Of a stretch of DNA of 24,490 nucleotides, positions 1 to 8,898 are shown one piece after another. Numbering within the stretch: the first letter of the stretch is position 1; every line of letters starts with the position of its first letter. The notes under the pieces were generated by a model, which made no database searches, was not told where the DNA came from, and saw nothing but the letters and a program-made list of their open reading frames with translations. The stretch comes from a bacterium (GTDB lineage Bacteria; SZUA-182; DTGQ01; JAFGSM01): positions 1 through 24,490 of the forward strand of contig JBLIRO010000073.1 in the NCBI GenBank assembly GCA_049472335.1, read 5' to 3'. The translations under genes and the position numbers were made by a program.

Positions 1-96
1 CCACTTGAAAACCCTTGTTGCACAAGTGTTTTCAGGGAGGGCAAGTTCCATTTTTTGCCTTATATCGAAAACCCAGTTTCAAAACAAAATATATCC

Positions 97-125
97 TTGA
101 CATCAAGTAATGATAATGCCATAAT
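97..125 (+). promoter_or_regulatory. sigma70 promoter of rplC
   Basis: TTGACA (97-102), 17-nt spacer, CATAAT (120-125), extended -10 TG at 117-118. SD AAGGAG at 205-210 precedes ATG 220. Confidence 0.75.
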
Positions 126-219
126 TTATGGTTTAAAAAAGAAAACAACTATAACAAAACATCTTATATTAACCACAAAATTGGTTATTGATTGAGGATT
201 TTATAAGGAGAATACATCG

Positions 220-861
220 ATGTCAGAGTTATTGATGGGTAAAAAGATAGGTATGACCCAGATATTACAGGAAAACGGGGATGTTATCCCTGTAACAGTC
301 ATACAGGCAGGGCCGTGTATTATAAGCCAAAAAAAGATTCCGGAAAAGGATAATTATTCTGCTGTCCAATTGGGATTTTTAGCTATGAAACCAACCAGGG
401 TGAAAAAACCATTAGCAGGTCATTTTAAAAAAGCAGGGATCCCCCCTCAAAGATTCCTTTATGAGTTTAGGGTTGATGAGAAAGAACTGGAAAAATATGA
501 AGTTGGGCAAGAGATCAAGGTCGATGGATTTAAAGAAGGGGATTTTGTTGATGTTACCGGGATTTCCAAAGGTAAGGGATTTGCCGGAGTCATGAAGAGA
601 CACAACTTTCACGGAGCACCGGGTGCCCATGGTACTCATGATTATAATCGGCATGGAGGTTCAATAGGCAGTTCTTCATTCCCGTCGAGGGTATTCAAGG
701 GACTCAGAATGGCAGGCAGAATGGGGTCTGATCGGGTAACTGTTCAAAACCTTAAGGTTATGCAAGTTCGTCCTGAACAAAACTGTTTGGTTTTGCGTGG
801 CGCTGTACCGGGAGCCAAAAACGGTATACTTCTGATAAAAAAGGCTATAAAAAAGAAATAA
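220..861 (+). CDS. rplC: 50S ribosomal protein L3
   Basis: L3 signatures GKKIGMTQ, PVTVI, YSAVQLG, VDVTGISKGKGFAGVMKRHNF, GSIG, RVFKGLRMAGRMG, GAVPG; full length at 213 aa. Confidence 0.98.
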   Translation: MSELLMGKKIGMTQILQENGDVIPVTVIQAGPCIISQKKIPEKDNYSAVQLGFLAMKPTRVKKPLAGHFKKAGIPPQRFLYEFRVDEKELEKYEVGQEIKVDGFKEGDFVDVTGISKGKGFAGVMKRHNFHGAPGAHGTHDYNRHGGSIGSSSFPSRVFKGLRMAGRMGSDRVTVQNLKVMQVRPEQNCLVLRGAVPGAKNGILLIKKAIKKK

Positions 862-866
862 TCAGA

Positions 867-2960
867 ATGCTGAAAAAACTTTTTTCCCCCCATTCTGTTG
901 CTGTTATCGGAGCCTCTAGGGATCAAGGAAAAGTAGGACATGAAGTTCTGAAGAATTTAATCCTGGGGGGATTTGAAGGACATATTTATCCAATAAATCC
1001 GAAAGCGGATAAGATTCTCGGGAAAAAGTGCTTTTCTGATATCTATGAAATCAAAGGGCGAATAGACTTAGCCATTATTGTCATACCTGCAAAGTTGGTC
1101 CCTCAAGCTATTGATAAATGCGGGGATAGAAATATCCCTACAGCTATAGTCATATCTGCTGGTTTCAAGGAAACGGGCAAAGAAGGCTCCGGTTTAGAGC
1201 ATCAAATGATCGAGTATGCCCATCTTCATCAAATCCGTATCCTTGGTCCCAACTGTCTGGGATTGATCAATACTGATTCAAGGCTAAACGCCTCGTTTTC
1301 AAGGGAAATGCCTCTTGCTGGAAGTATTGGTTTTTTTTCCCAATCAGGAGCCCTTGGGACAGCCATCCTTGATTGGGCAATAGGAGAAAGGATTGGTTTT
1401 TCAAAGTTTATAAGTCTCGGAAACAAGGCTGATATCTCTGAAATAGATATTATGCAAGTATTGGGACAAGATCCTCAAACAAAAGTCATCCTGGGCTATC
1501 TGGAAAGTATTGAAAATGGTGAGGAGTTTGTCAGAATGGCCAGGGTAATATCCAAAAAGAAACCAATAATCATAGTTAAGGCGGGAAGCACAAAGGCAGG
1601 TTCACGGGCTGCGTCATCTCATACAGGCAGTTTAACGGGGTCTGAGGTGGCCTTTGATGCGGCTTTTAAACAGTCAGGCATCATCAGGGCATATTCTATT
1701 CAGGAACTTTTTAATTATGCCCTTGCCTTTGCTTATCAACCACTTCCAAAAGGAAATAATATTGCTGTAGTTACAAACGCAGGCGGGCCTGGAATTATGG
1801 CTGCCGATGCGTGTGAAAGATTTCGCCTGAATCCCATTACACCGAGCAAAGAAACCATTGATAAACTGGCCGGTTTTTTGCCGCCCGCTGCCGGATTCTA
1901 TAATCCTGTAGATATTTTAGGGGATGCGGGCTCGGATAGATACAAGAAATCACTGGATGTGATTTTAGAAGACCGAAAGATCCAGGGGATTGTTGTGATC
2001 CTTACTCCGCAAGCCATGACAGAGGTCGTTCAGACAGCCGAGGTGCTTGGCGAGGTTTCTATGAATACACATAAACCCATTCTTGCTTCATTTATGGGGC
2101 AATATACTATTAAAGAAGGGATAGACAGGTTAGTCAAATATAAAATACCTAACTATGTCTATCCTGAACAAGCCATAGATGCCTTTAAGAAAATGTGGGA
2201 ATATAAAAGATGGGTTGATTTGCCTGATGGCCATTTCAAACACTATAGAGGAGATAAGAGACGAGTTAAAAAGGTGTTGGATCAGGCGCGTAATGAGGAG
2301 ACCTTGATACTGAGCGAGAAAAGAGCCAGAGAAATATTGAAGGCTTATCATTATACCCTCCCCAGATATGAAATCGCTGAAACATCGGATATGGCAGTAT
2401 ATTTTGCCGACAAAATTGGATATCCTGTTGTTTTAAAGATTGTCTCATCCCATATTTTACATAAATCAGATGTTGGAGGTATAAAGATTGGGCTTCAAAC
2501 ACCGAATCAGGTAATAAAGGCATTCCATGATATTATTGCAAAATGCCGGCGTTTTGTGCCAAAGGCAAATATACAAGGAGTAGCGGTCCAAAATATGTAT
2601 CAGAATGTTCGGGAAGTAATCCTGGGAATGTCCCGGGACCCTCATTTCGGACCATTGATCATGTTTGGTTTGGGTGGTATATATGTGGAAGTCCTTAAGG
2701 ATGTGACCTTCCGTATCGCCCCCATAAGCGAAGAGGATGCGCGGGCGATGGTTAGTGAAATACATTCATACCCCTTATTAAAGGGAGTCAGAGGACAGAA
2801 ATCCGCGGATGTGGATGCTATCGTGGAAGCCATAATCCGTTTATCTCAAATTGCTGTTGATTTCCCGGAAATCTGTGAGGCGGATATAAATCCTCTGGCA
2901 GTTATGGAGGCTGGGAAAGGAGCCGTTGCCCTGGATGCCAGGTTTACCATTTGTCACTGA
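867..2960 (+). CDS. ADP-forming acetate/acyl-CoA ligase, fused alpha-beta type
   Basis: CoA-binding N-terminus (SVAVIGAS, GPNCLG, SQSGA), phospho-His motif ASSHTGSL, TNAGGPG, NPVDILGDA, and a C-terminal ATP-grasp (GYPVVLKI, HKSDVGG, EADINPL). No GNAT domain, so not the Pat acetyltransferase architecture. Confidence 0.9.
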   Translation: MLKKLFSPHSVAVIGASRDQGKVGHEVLKNLILGGFEGHIYPINPKADKILGKKCFSDIYEIKGRIDLAIIVIPAKLVPQAIDKCGDRNIPTAIVISAGFKETGKEGSGLEHQMIEYAHLHQIRILGPNCLGLINTDSRLNASFSREMPLAGSIGFFSQSGALGTAILDWAIGERIGFSKFISLGNKADISEIDIMQVLGQDPQTKVILGYLESIENGEEFVRMARVISKKKPIIIVKAGSTKAGSRAASSHTGSLTGSEVAFDAAFKQSGIIRAYSIQELFNYALAFAYQPLPKGNNIAVVTNAGGPGIMAADACERFRLNPITPSKETIDKLAGFLPPAAGFYNPVDILGDAGSDRYKKSLDVILEDRKIQGIVVILTPQAMTEVVQTAEVLGEVSMNTHKPILASFMGQYTIKEGIDRLVKYKIPNYVYPEQAIDAFKKMWEYKRWVDLPDGHFKHYRGDKRRVKKVLDQARNEETLILSEKRAREILKAYHYTLPRYEIAETSDMAVYFADKIGYPVVLKIVSSHILHKSDVGGIKIGLQTPNQVIKAFHDIIAKCRRFVPKANIQGVAVQNMYQNVREVILGMSRDPHFGPLIMFGLGGIYVEVLKDVTFRIAPISEEDARAMVSEIHSYPLLKGVRGQKSADVDAIVEAIIRLSQIAVDFPEICEADINPLAVMEAGKGAVALDARFTICH

Positions 2961-2987
2961 TTTTTTAAAGACTTAGGAACTTAACTT

Positions 2988-3147
2988 GTAACTTCTCAAA
3001 ATCCTGGTGGGCTATTGAGAGTAATTGCAAAATGCAAATTGCAAATTTTAAAATGCACGATAATGTATTCCTTAAATTTTCATTTTTTATTCTGCAATTT
3101 GTAATTTTCATTAACTGCTCTAAAACCACACGGTTTTTGAGTAGGGC
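2988..3147. mobile_element. MITE-like 160-bp hairpin element with imperfect TIRs and 9-bp flanking direct repeats
   Basis: ACTTAACTT at 2979-2987 and 3148-3156. The ends CTCAAAATCCTGGTGG and CCACACGGTTTTTGAG are imperfect inverted repeats. The interior has heptamer repeats (AATTGCA/AAATGCA) with a degenerate complementary array on the right arm. Confidence 0.55.
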
Positions 3148-3174
3148 ACTTAACTTTATGAAGAGGATAATGCG

Positions 3175-4245
3175 ATGATTTCCCTCTATATAGGATCTAC
3201 AACCCCTTATGCGGGTAAAAGCCTTTTATGTATGGGATTAGGAAAACATTTTGAAAAAGAAGGATTGAGAATAGGCTATCTGAAACCTCTAGGGAAAACC
3301 CTTACCAGGGTGGGGGATAAGATCACGGATGAGGACGCTGTTTTTATTGCCCGCGCCCTTTCCCTGGATGAACCGTTGGAGATGCTCTGTCCTGTGGTGG
3401 TGACACAGGACATGATTATCCAGGCCTATATGGGAAAGCTGATGGGTGTGGAAGAAAAGGTGATGGAGGCGCATAAAAAGCTTTCTCTGGATAAGGACCT
3501 TATTATGATAGGTGGTGGGCAAAATATCTATGATGGTGCTTTCCTGGGACTATCAGGGGCCTCTTTGATCAAAAAGCTGAAGGCCAAGGTTATTCTGGTA
3601 GATAAATATGAGGAAGATGTATGTATAGATTGTATTCTCGCGGCCAAGGACGCTTTGGGTGATAGACTGATCGGGGTTATAATGAACCGTGTTTCGAGGG
3701 AAAATGAAGGATGTATAAAAAGGAGGGTAGTCCCGTTTCTCGAGATAAAGGGTATACCTGTTTTAGGAATCATGCCCTACGATTCATTATTGACTTCCGT
3801 AACAGTGAGGGAATTGGCTGAAATCCTGAATGGACAGATCATTTGCTCTGAAGATAAAACAGACGAACTGGTTGAAAGCTTCAGTGTTGGTGCCATGTAT
3901 GTGGAAGGGGCCCTGAAATATTTTCGGGCCAAAAAGAATAAAGCCGTTATAACTGGTGGAGACCGGTCTGACATCCAACTGGCTGCTTTACAGACTTCTA
4001 CGAAGTGCATTATACTTACAGGAGATTTGTACCCAAACGAAATCATTATCACCCAGGCAGAGGAAAGGCATGTTCCCGTTATGATTGTGAAGAAGGACAC
4101 CTTGAGCACTATCGAGGAATGTGAGAGGATACTGGGCCGGATACGAATAAGGGATGAAAGAAAGGTAAGAAGGGCAGTGGAGCTGGTAAAGGAAAGGATT
4201 GACTTTGAGCGAATGTATGAAAAACTCGAGCTTGGTATCAGATAA
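3175..4245 (+). CDS. DRTGG-domain protein (BioD-like N-terminal part of phosphotransacetylase, no catalytic Pta domain)
   Basis: P-loop-like STTPYAGKS, IGYLKPLG, VGAM and ITGGDRSDIQLAAL motifs; adjacent to an ADP-forming acyl-CoA ligase, a known pairing. Confidence 0.88.
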   Translation: MISLYIGSTTPYAGKSLLCMGLGKHFEKEGLRIGYLKPLGKTLTRVGDKITDEDAVFIARALSLDEPLEMLCPVVVTQDMIIQAYMGKLMGVEEKVMEAHKKLSLDKDLIMIGGGQNIYDGAFLGLSGASLIKKLKAKVILVDKYEEDVCIDCILAAKDALGDRLIGVIMNRVSRENEGCIKRRVVPFLEIKGIPVLGIMPYDSLLTSVTVRELAEILNGQIICSEDKTDELVESFSVGAMYVEGALKYFRAKKNKAVITGGDRSDIQLAALQTSTKCIILTGDLYPNEIIITQAEERHVPVMIVKKDTLSTIEECERILGRIRIRDERKVRRAVELVKERIDFERMYEKLELGIR

Positions 4246-4248
4246 TAA

Positions 4249-5229
4249 ATGGCTTACTGGGCGGTCATAGGCCTTGGTGCTCTGAATTGGGATTTTATTT
4301 ATGAATTGCCTGATTTTGCTGTGTTGCGGGATTTGGATATCTCAATGGCAATTGGCGAAGAGATTCAACTGGAGTCAGACAAGTTGGATCCCTTGTTGGA
4401 ACTCTTAAGACGGCATGGAAAAAAAATGGCCGAATCAGGAGGAGGTCAGGCAGCCAATACCATCTGTGCGCTTGCCAGAATGGGCTTTAACACCATGCTT
4501 ATGGGAAAGTTGGGAGAGGATGAGTGGGGAGATCTTATCTTAAAAGGCCTCAGCGGTGTTAACATAAAAAACATAATCAGAGAGGGCAGATCCGGGATCT
4601 GTGTATCAATCCTGACTTCTGAAGGTGAGAGAAGCATGATAGTCTTTCCAAATGCCAACGATACCCTCGATGTAAAGGATATTGATATAGCAGCCTTTAA
4701 TGATTGTCATTTTGTACACCTTACTTCCTTTGCAGGCTCACGTCCGTTAAAGACACAACAAGAACTGGTTGAAGGATTACAACAGGGACCTTTGATTAGT
4801 TTTGATCCGGGCAATCTATATGCCAGAGCCGGACTGAATTCAATCCTTCCTATTGTGAAAAGGACCTATTGCCTTTTTGTCACCGACAATGAGTTGGAAA
4901 GAATAACCGGGCTCCATCATGAACGTGCGGCAGCCCAAATGTTGGAATTAGGTGTGCAGATGGTTATATGTAAACGAGGGAGTAAGGGGGCCTATCTTTT
5001 AGATCATCAACGGCGTTTGGATTTTCCGGCAATAGAGGTTGAAGTAAAGGACGTAACAGGAGCGGGTGATTGCTTTGCGGCAGGATTTCTTGCAGGTCTG
5101 ATAATGGAAAAAGATTTAGAGACATGCGGATTATTGGGAGCTCATGCAGCTGCGTCCTGTATAGCGGGCTATGGAAGAGAATCATATCCGGATGAAGAAA
5201 CGCTGAATCGAATTATCAAAAAAATATAA
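4249..5229 (+). CDS. PfkB/ribokinase-family carbohydrate or nucleoside kinase
   Basis: GLGALNWD, GGGQAAN, SFDPG and the C-terminal signature DVTGAGDCFAAGFLAGL. Confidence 0.92.
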   Translation: MAYWAVIGLGALNWDFIYELPDFAVLRDLDISMAIGEEIQLESDKLDPLLELLRRHGKKMAESGGGQAANTICALARMGFNTMLMGKLGEDEWGDLILKGLSGVNIKNIIREGRSGICVSILTSEGERSMIVFPNANDTLDVKDIDIAAFNDCHFVHLTSFAGSRPLKTQQELVEGLQQGPLISFDPGNLYARAGLNSILPIVKRTYCLFVTDNELERITGLHHERAAAQMLELGVQMVICKRGSKGAYLLDHQRRLDFPAIEVEVKDVTGAGDCFAAGFLAGLIMEKDLETCGLLGAHAAASCIAGYGRESYPDEETLNRIIKKI

Positions 5230-5411
5230 AAAAATTTTTTGATCACTTAGGGATTGATTTACTGAAGCTTGCTCTGCAGCGCTAAAGGCTCTTGGCAAAA
5301 ATGCCAATGACCCTTTAAATAATCTTTTTAAGAGATTATCAAGATTAGACCTTCGGTTATAATCAACTTTGGGCACTTTTTTTAAACTTTAGGTATTTAA
5401 AGAGAAAGAAT

Positions 5412-6245
5412 ATGGGCTGCAATATAGGCTGGTTTACGACAGGCCGGGACGCAGAGGCCGTAAGCCTTTTGGAGACTGTTTATAAAGGAATAAAAGAAGG
5501 GAGTATAGAAGGCCGGATTGCCTATATATTTATAAATCGCGAAAAGGGGGAGGGGTGCTTTTCTGATAGAATTATGGATCTAAGTTATAAATGGCAGATA
5601 CCGTTGATATGTTTTTCCTCTGTAAAGTTTAAGCCCGAGCTTCGGGCCGAGGGACATAAAAGCCGGGATGCCAAAATGGAATGGCGCAGAGACTTCCACC
5701 AGGAGGTTCTCAAAAGGGTTCGGGGGATTGAATCCGATTTTACCGTTCTGGCAGGTTATATGCTTATCGTGAGTCCGGATATGTGTCGCGCACTCAACCT
5801 GATCAATCTTCATCCTGCTCCTCCCAATGGTCCTGCCGGGACGTGGCAGGAAGTCATCTGGCAATTGATCGGGATGAATGCCTCCGAAAGCGGGATCATT
5901 ATACACATTGTAACTCCGGAGCTTGACAAGGGACCTCCAATTACCTATTGCCTTTATAAGATCAGGGGTGAGAAATTTTCAGCCCTGTGGGATGAGATGG
6001 ATGAAAAGCGGCGGAGAATTTCCCTGCCTGATATTAAGGATCTTGAGGGAGAGGAAAATCTCCTCTTTAAAATGATCAGAAAGGAAGGGGTTAAAAGAGA
6101 ACTCCCCCTTCTTTTTGAAACCATTCGTTGGCTGAGCTGCAAAAAAATCAGGATAAGAGATAAGATGGTGTATCTCGATGATAAGGAATGCATTGGGGGA
6201 GTGTGTCTTAGCGAACAGATAGAGAGGATTGTTGAGAGCAAATGA
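5412..6245 (+). CDS. PurN-like formyltransferase with insertions
   Basis: LAGYMLIV, LINLHPA (catalytic N/H), GIIIHIVTPELDKGP (catalytic D). At 277 aa it is longer than canonical PurN, and GWFTTGRD replaces the usual SGxGSN loop. Confidence 0.8.
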   Translation: MGCNIGWFTTGRDAEAVSLLETVYKGIKEGSIEGRIAYIFINREKGEGCFSDRIMDLSYKWQIPLICFSSVKFKPELRAEGHKSRDAKMEWRRDFHQEVLKRVRGIESDFTVLAGYMLIVSPDMCRALNLINLHPAPPNGPAGTWQEVIWQLIGMNASESGIIIHIVTPELDKGPPITYCLYKIRGEKFSALWDEMDEKRRRISLPDIKDLEGEENLLFKMIRKEGVKRELPLLFETIRWLSCKKIRIRDKMVYLDDKECIGGVCLSEQIERIVESK

Positions 6246-7354
6246 AAACGAAAAACTCAAAAAAAATCAGAGGCCTTGTTGCTATCGATTGTGAAGGGCC
6301 ACTCACAAAGAATGACAATGCCTTAGAGCTAAGTAAAAATTTTCTCCCTGATGGTGAACGTCTGTTTACACAATTGAGCCGTTATGATGATATCCTTGCT
6401 TCTATGGTCAAAAGGCCGGGATATAGAGCGGGAAATACACTCAAGTTGATATGCCCGTTTTTCAGGGCTTTTGGAATTCTAAATCAAGATGTGATGGATT
6501 TTTCTGAAAAAAATATCCTGATGATGCCGGGAGCGGATTTGCTTCTTAGATGGATAAATGAAAGTGCGCATGGATTTATAGTCAGTACGAGTTACAGACC
6601 GTATATCCAGGCTTTGTGTAATGTCGTGGGATTCCCTTTCCGGAATACCTATTGTACGAATCTTGATCTTGACTTTTTAAACCCTTCAGAAGAAGAATGT
6701 TACAGGGTGCGGAAGATGGCGGAAAAGATTGTCTCTCTGTCTTTTTTGGAATGGCCTTCGGATGTAAAATCATTGGAAGATCTTCCCGCCCATGTGAAAA
6801 GTGCATTTGCTATCATAGATGAGATTATAATGAAAGAATTGAAAGGATCATACCTTGGTGGTTATCTGAACCATGTGGAGCCTGTCGGAGGAGAGGAGAA
6901 GGCCAGGTCCGTTCGCGATAGTTGTGAGAAGACAGGACAAAAGCTTTCAAGCGTGATTTATATTGGAGACAGTATAACAGATGTTGAAGCATTTCAGCTT
7001 GTTAGAGAAAATGGGGGCATGACAGTGGCTTTTAATGGAAATCGTTACGCAATAGAAGCCGCTGAAGTGGCATGTCTTTCCAATCACTCAGATATCCTTG
7101 CTGTCATTTGTCAGATTTTTTGGGACAAAGGAAGACAGGGAGTCATGGAGATGATAGGGGATTGGCGAACAGGATTCCCTTACATTAATCAACTAATCTC
7201 CAATCCTTCTTTCCGGGAGGCGGTATTGGAAAAAGAGCGAAAGCTCCCTACACGCATAGAGATGATTACGGGCCAAAATCGTTTTTCTCTCATAAAAAAA
7301 AGTGAGGAATTCCGGGGCCGGGTCAGAGGGGAAGCGATCGGGAGGCTTGGATAG
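6242..7354 (+). CDS. HAD-superfamily protein, COG4030/EhaR-like
   Basis: Motif I variant IDCEGPL, IVSTSY (motif II), EKA (motif III), YIGDSITD (motif IV), AFNGNRYA. ATGA overlap with the upstream gene. Confidence 0.75.
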   Translation: MKTKNSKKIRGLVAIDCEGPLTKNDNALELSKNFLPDGERLFTQLSRYDDILASMVKRPGYRAGNTLKLICPFFRAFGILNQDVMDFSEKNILMMPGADLLLRWINESAHGFIVSTSYRPYIQALCNVVGFPFRNTYCTNLDLDFLNPSEEECYRVRKMAEKIVSLSFLEWPSDVKSLEDLPAHVKSAFAIIDEIIMKELKGSYLGGYLNHVEPVGGEEKARSVRDSCEKTGQKLSSVIYIGDSITDVEAFQLVRENGGMTVAFNGNRYAIEAAEVACLSNHSDILAVICQIFWDKGRQGVMEMIGDWRTGFPYINQLISNPSFREAVLEKERKLPTRIEMITGQNRFSLIKKSEEFRGRVRGEAIGRLG

Positions 7355-8688
7355 TGGCAGAGATTAGACCATTTAAGGGTATCCTTTATAATGAGGATTT
7401 GATAACGAACCTCTCTCTGGTTATTGCTCCGCCTTATGATGTTATCTCACCCATAGAACAGGAACAACTTTATGAGAGAAGTACATACAATATTGTCCGG
7501 TTGATTAAGGGTAAGGAATTCCATGAGGACAATGGTAAAGACAATACTTACATACGAGCTAATCAGTATTTTCAAAATTGGCTAAGGGAAAAACTGCTGG
7601 TTGAGGACCTGAATGAAGCCATTTATGTGTGCCAGGATGAATATAGACTGCAAGACGGCACAAGGAAAGTCAGAAAGGGATTTTTTGCCCTTTTCCGTTT
7701 GGAGGATTTTGGTTCAGGATCCATATACCCTCATGAGAGGACACTTGCTGGACCAAAGGAGAGCAGGTTTCGTCTTATGCAGGCTTGCTCAGCCAATTTC
7801 AGCCCTATCTTCAGCCTTTACTCGGATACTGAAAGAAAGGTTGAGCAAGTCATGGATGATGTATTTTTATCTCCTCCTGATATCAGGATTTTGTCTCAGG
7901 AGAGGATTCTGCATAGATTGTGGAAGGTAACAAATCCAGTGAGTTGCGGGAAGATAATCGAGGCTATGAAAGGACAGAAGATTTTTATTGCGGACGGCCA
8001 CCATCGTTATGAGACTGCCTTGAATTATCAAAAATTCATGAGAGAAAAAAATGGATTAAGGGACAAAAAACAATCCTATAATTATTGTCTTATGTATTTT
8101 GCCAATACAGAGGACGAGGGATTGAGCATCCTTCCTTATCACAGGGCGGTTAGGAATCTTTCCTGGGAAGTATTAGATAATCTGGAAGCCAGATTGAAAC
8201 CATGGTTTTATATCAAGAGCTTCCATTTTGATGGTATCGCTATTAATGAGGCTACAGCTCGCAAGGATCTAACTATGCAAATGGCCCGCATGGGGGGTAA
8301 TCGGCCTGTGTTTGGTTTATATATGGGAAAACAAAGATATTCCCTTTTGGCCCTTAAACATGATGTAAATATTGAAGAGATCGTGTCAGGAGAAGGTTCA
8401 AAGGCATGGAAGCGTCTCGATGTGAACATCCTTCATGCCCTGATCTTCGAAAAGATATTGGGAATATCATCAAACGATTTCGAAAAAAAGGACATGCTCG
8501 TTTTTGAAGCAGACACAGTTAAAGCTATTAGTCTTGTTAATATGAATGCATGCCAGGCAGCGTTTCTGGTTAATCCGACCAAAATTGAGCAGGTTAAGAA
8601 GGTTGCTTTAAAGGGTGAGAAGATGCCTCAGAAATCAACTTTTTTCTATCCTAAATTACCATCCGGCCTTATCATTCGTAGGATTTGA
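7354..8688 (+). CDS. DUF1015 family protein
   Basis: MAEIRPFKG, PPYDVI, PHERT, IADGHHRYETA, MPQKSTFFYPKLPSGL. The GTG start overlaps the upstream TAG by 1 nt. Confidence 0.9.
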   Translation: MAEIRPFKGILYNEDLITNLSLVIAPPYDVISPIEQEQLYERSTYNIVRLIKGKEFHEDNGKDNTYIRANQYFQNWLREKLLVEDLNEAIYVCQDEYRLQDGTRKVRKGFFALFRLEDFGSGSIYPHERTLAGPKESRFRLMQACSANFSPIFSLYSDTERKVEQVMDDVFLSPPDIRILSQERILHRLWKVTNPVSCGKIIEAMKGQKIFIADGHHRYETALNYQKFMREKNGLRDKKQSYNYCLMYFANTEDEGLSILPYHRAVRNLSWEVLDNLEARLKPWFYIKSFHFDGIAINEATARKDLTMQMARMGGNRPVFGLYMGKQRYSLLALKHDVNIEEIVSGEGSKAWKRLDVNILHALIFEKILGISSNDFEKKDMLVFEADTVKAISLVNMNACQAAFLVNPTKIEQVKKVALKGEKMPQKSTFFYPKLPSGLIIRRI

Positions 8689-8807
8689 TTTTTCTCTATA
8701 CCTTCTCAAGGCTGATTATCAAACCGAATTTATTAATCTAAATTAATCTAATAATTATAGCATGTTGATAATACTTCATTTTTATTTTTAAAAGGAATTG
8801 TAAAATT

Positions 8808-8865
8808 TAGCCTGTTGAGGCCTTTTCTAAGTTGTTAAAAAAAGTTGTTTGGCCCCAACAGGCTA
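8808..8865 (-). terminator. Stem-loop between convergent genes (possible terminator or 3' stabiliser)
   Basis: Arms TAGCCTGTTGAGGCC (8808-8822) and GGCCCCAACAGGCTA (8851-8865). The single mismatch is a G-U pair on the - strand RNA; the 28-nt loop is long for a terminator. Confidence 0.45.
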
Positions 8866-8898
8866 GTTATAGAGGAGTTGGGGGGGGATTAAAAGTAA

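Noticed and set aside
6..34. Hairpin TGAAAAC-C-CTTGT/ACAAG-T-GTTTTCA at the window start
   Set aside because: Upstream context is missing, and it lies before the rplC promoter, so it is not a ribosomal leader; no role can be assigned.
5182..5376. 64-aa minus-strand ORF in the PfkB-formyltransferase gap
   Set aside because: GTG start without an SD, antisense to the operon, overlaps the PfkB end, and resembles no family I recognise.
412..8429. Short antisense or out-of-frame ORFs within the + strand genes
   Set aside because: They overlap well-supported genes and show no recognisable motifs; treated as shadow ORFs.
8880..8887. G8 homopolymer as a phase-variation tract
   Set aside because: It lies between convergent stop codons, not in a CDS or promoter.
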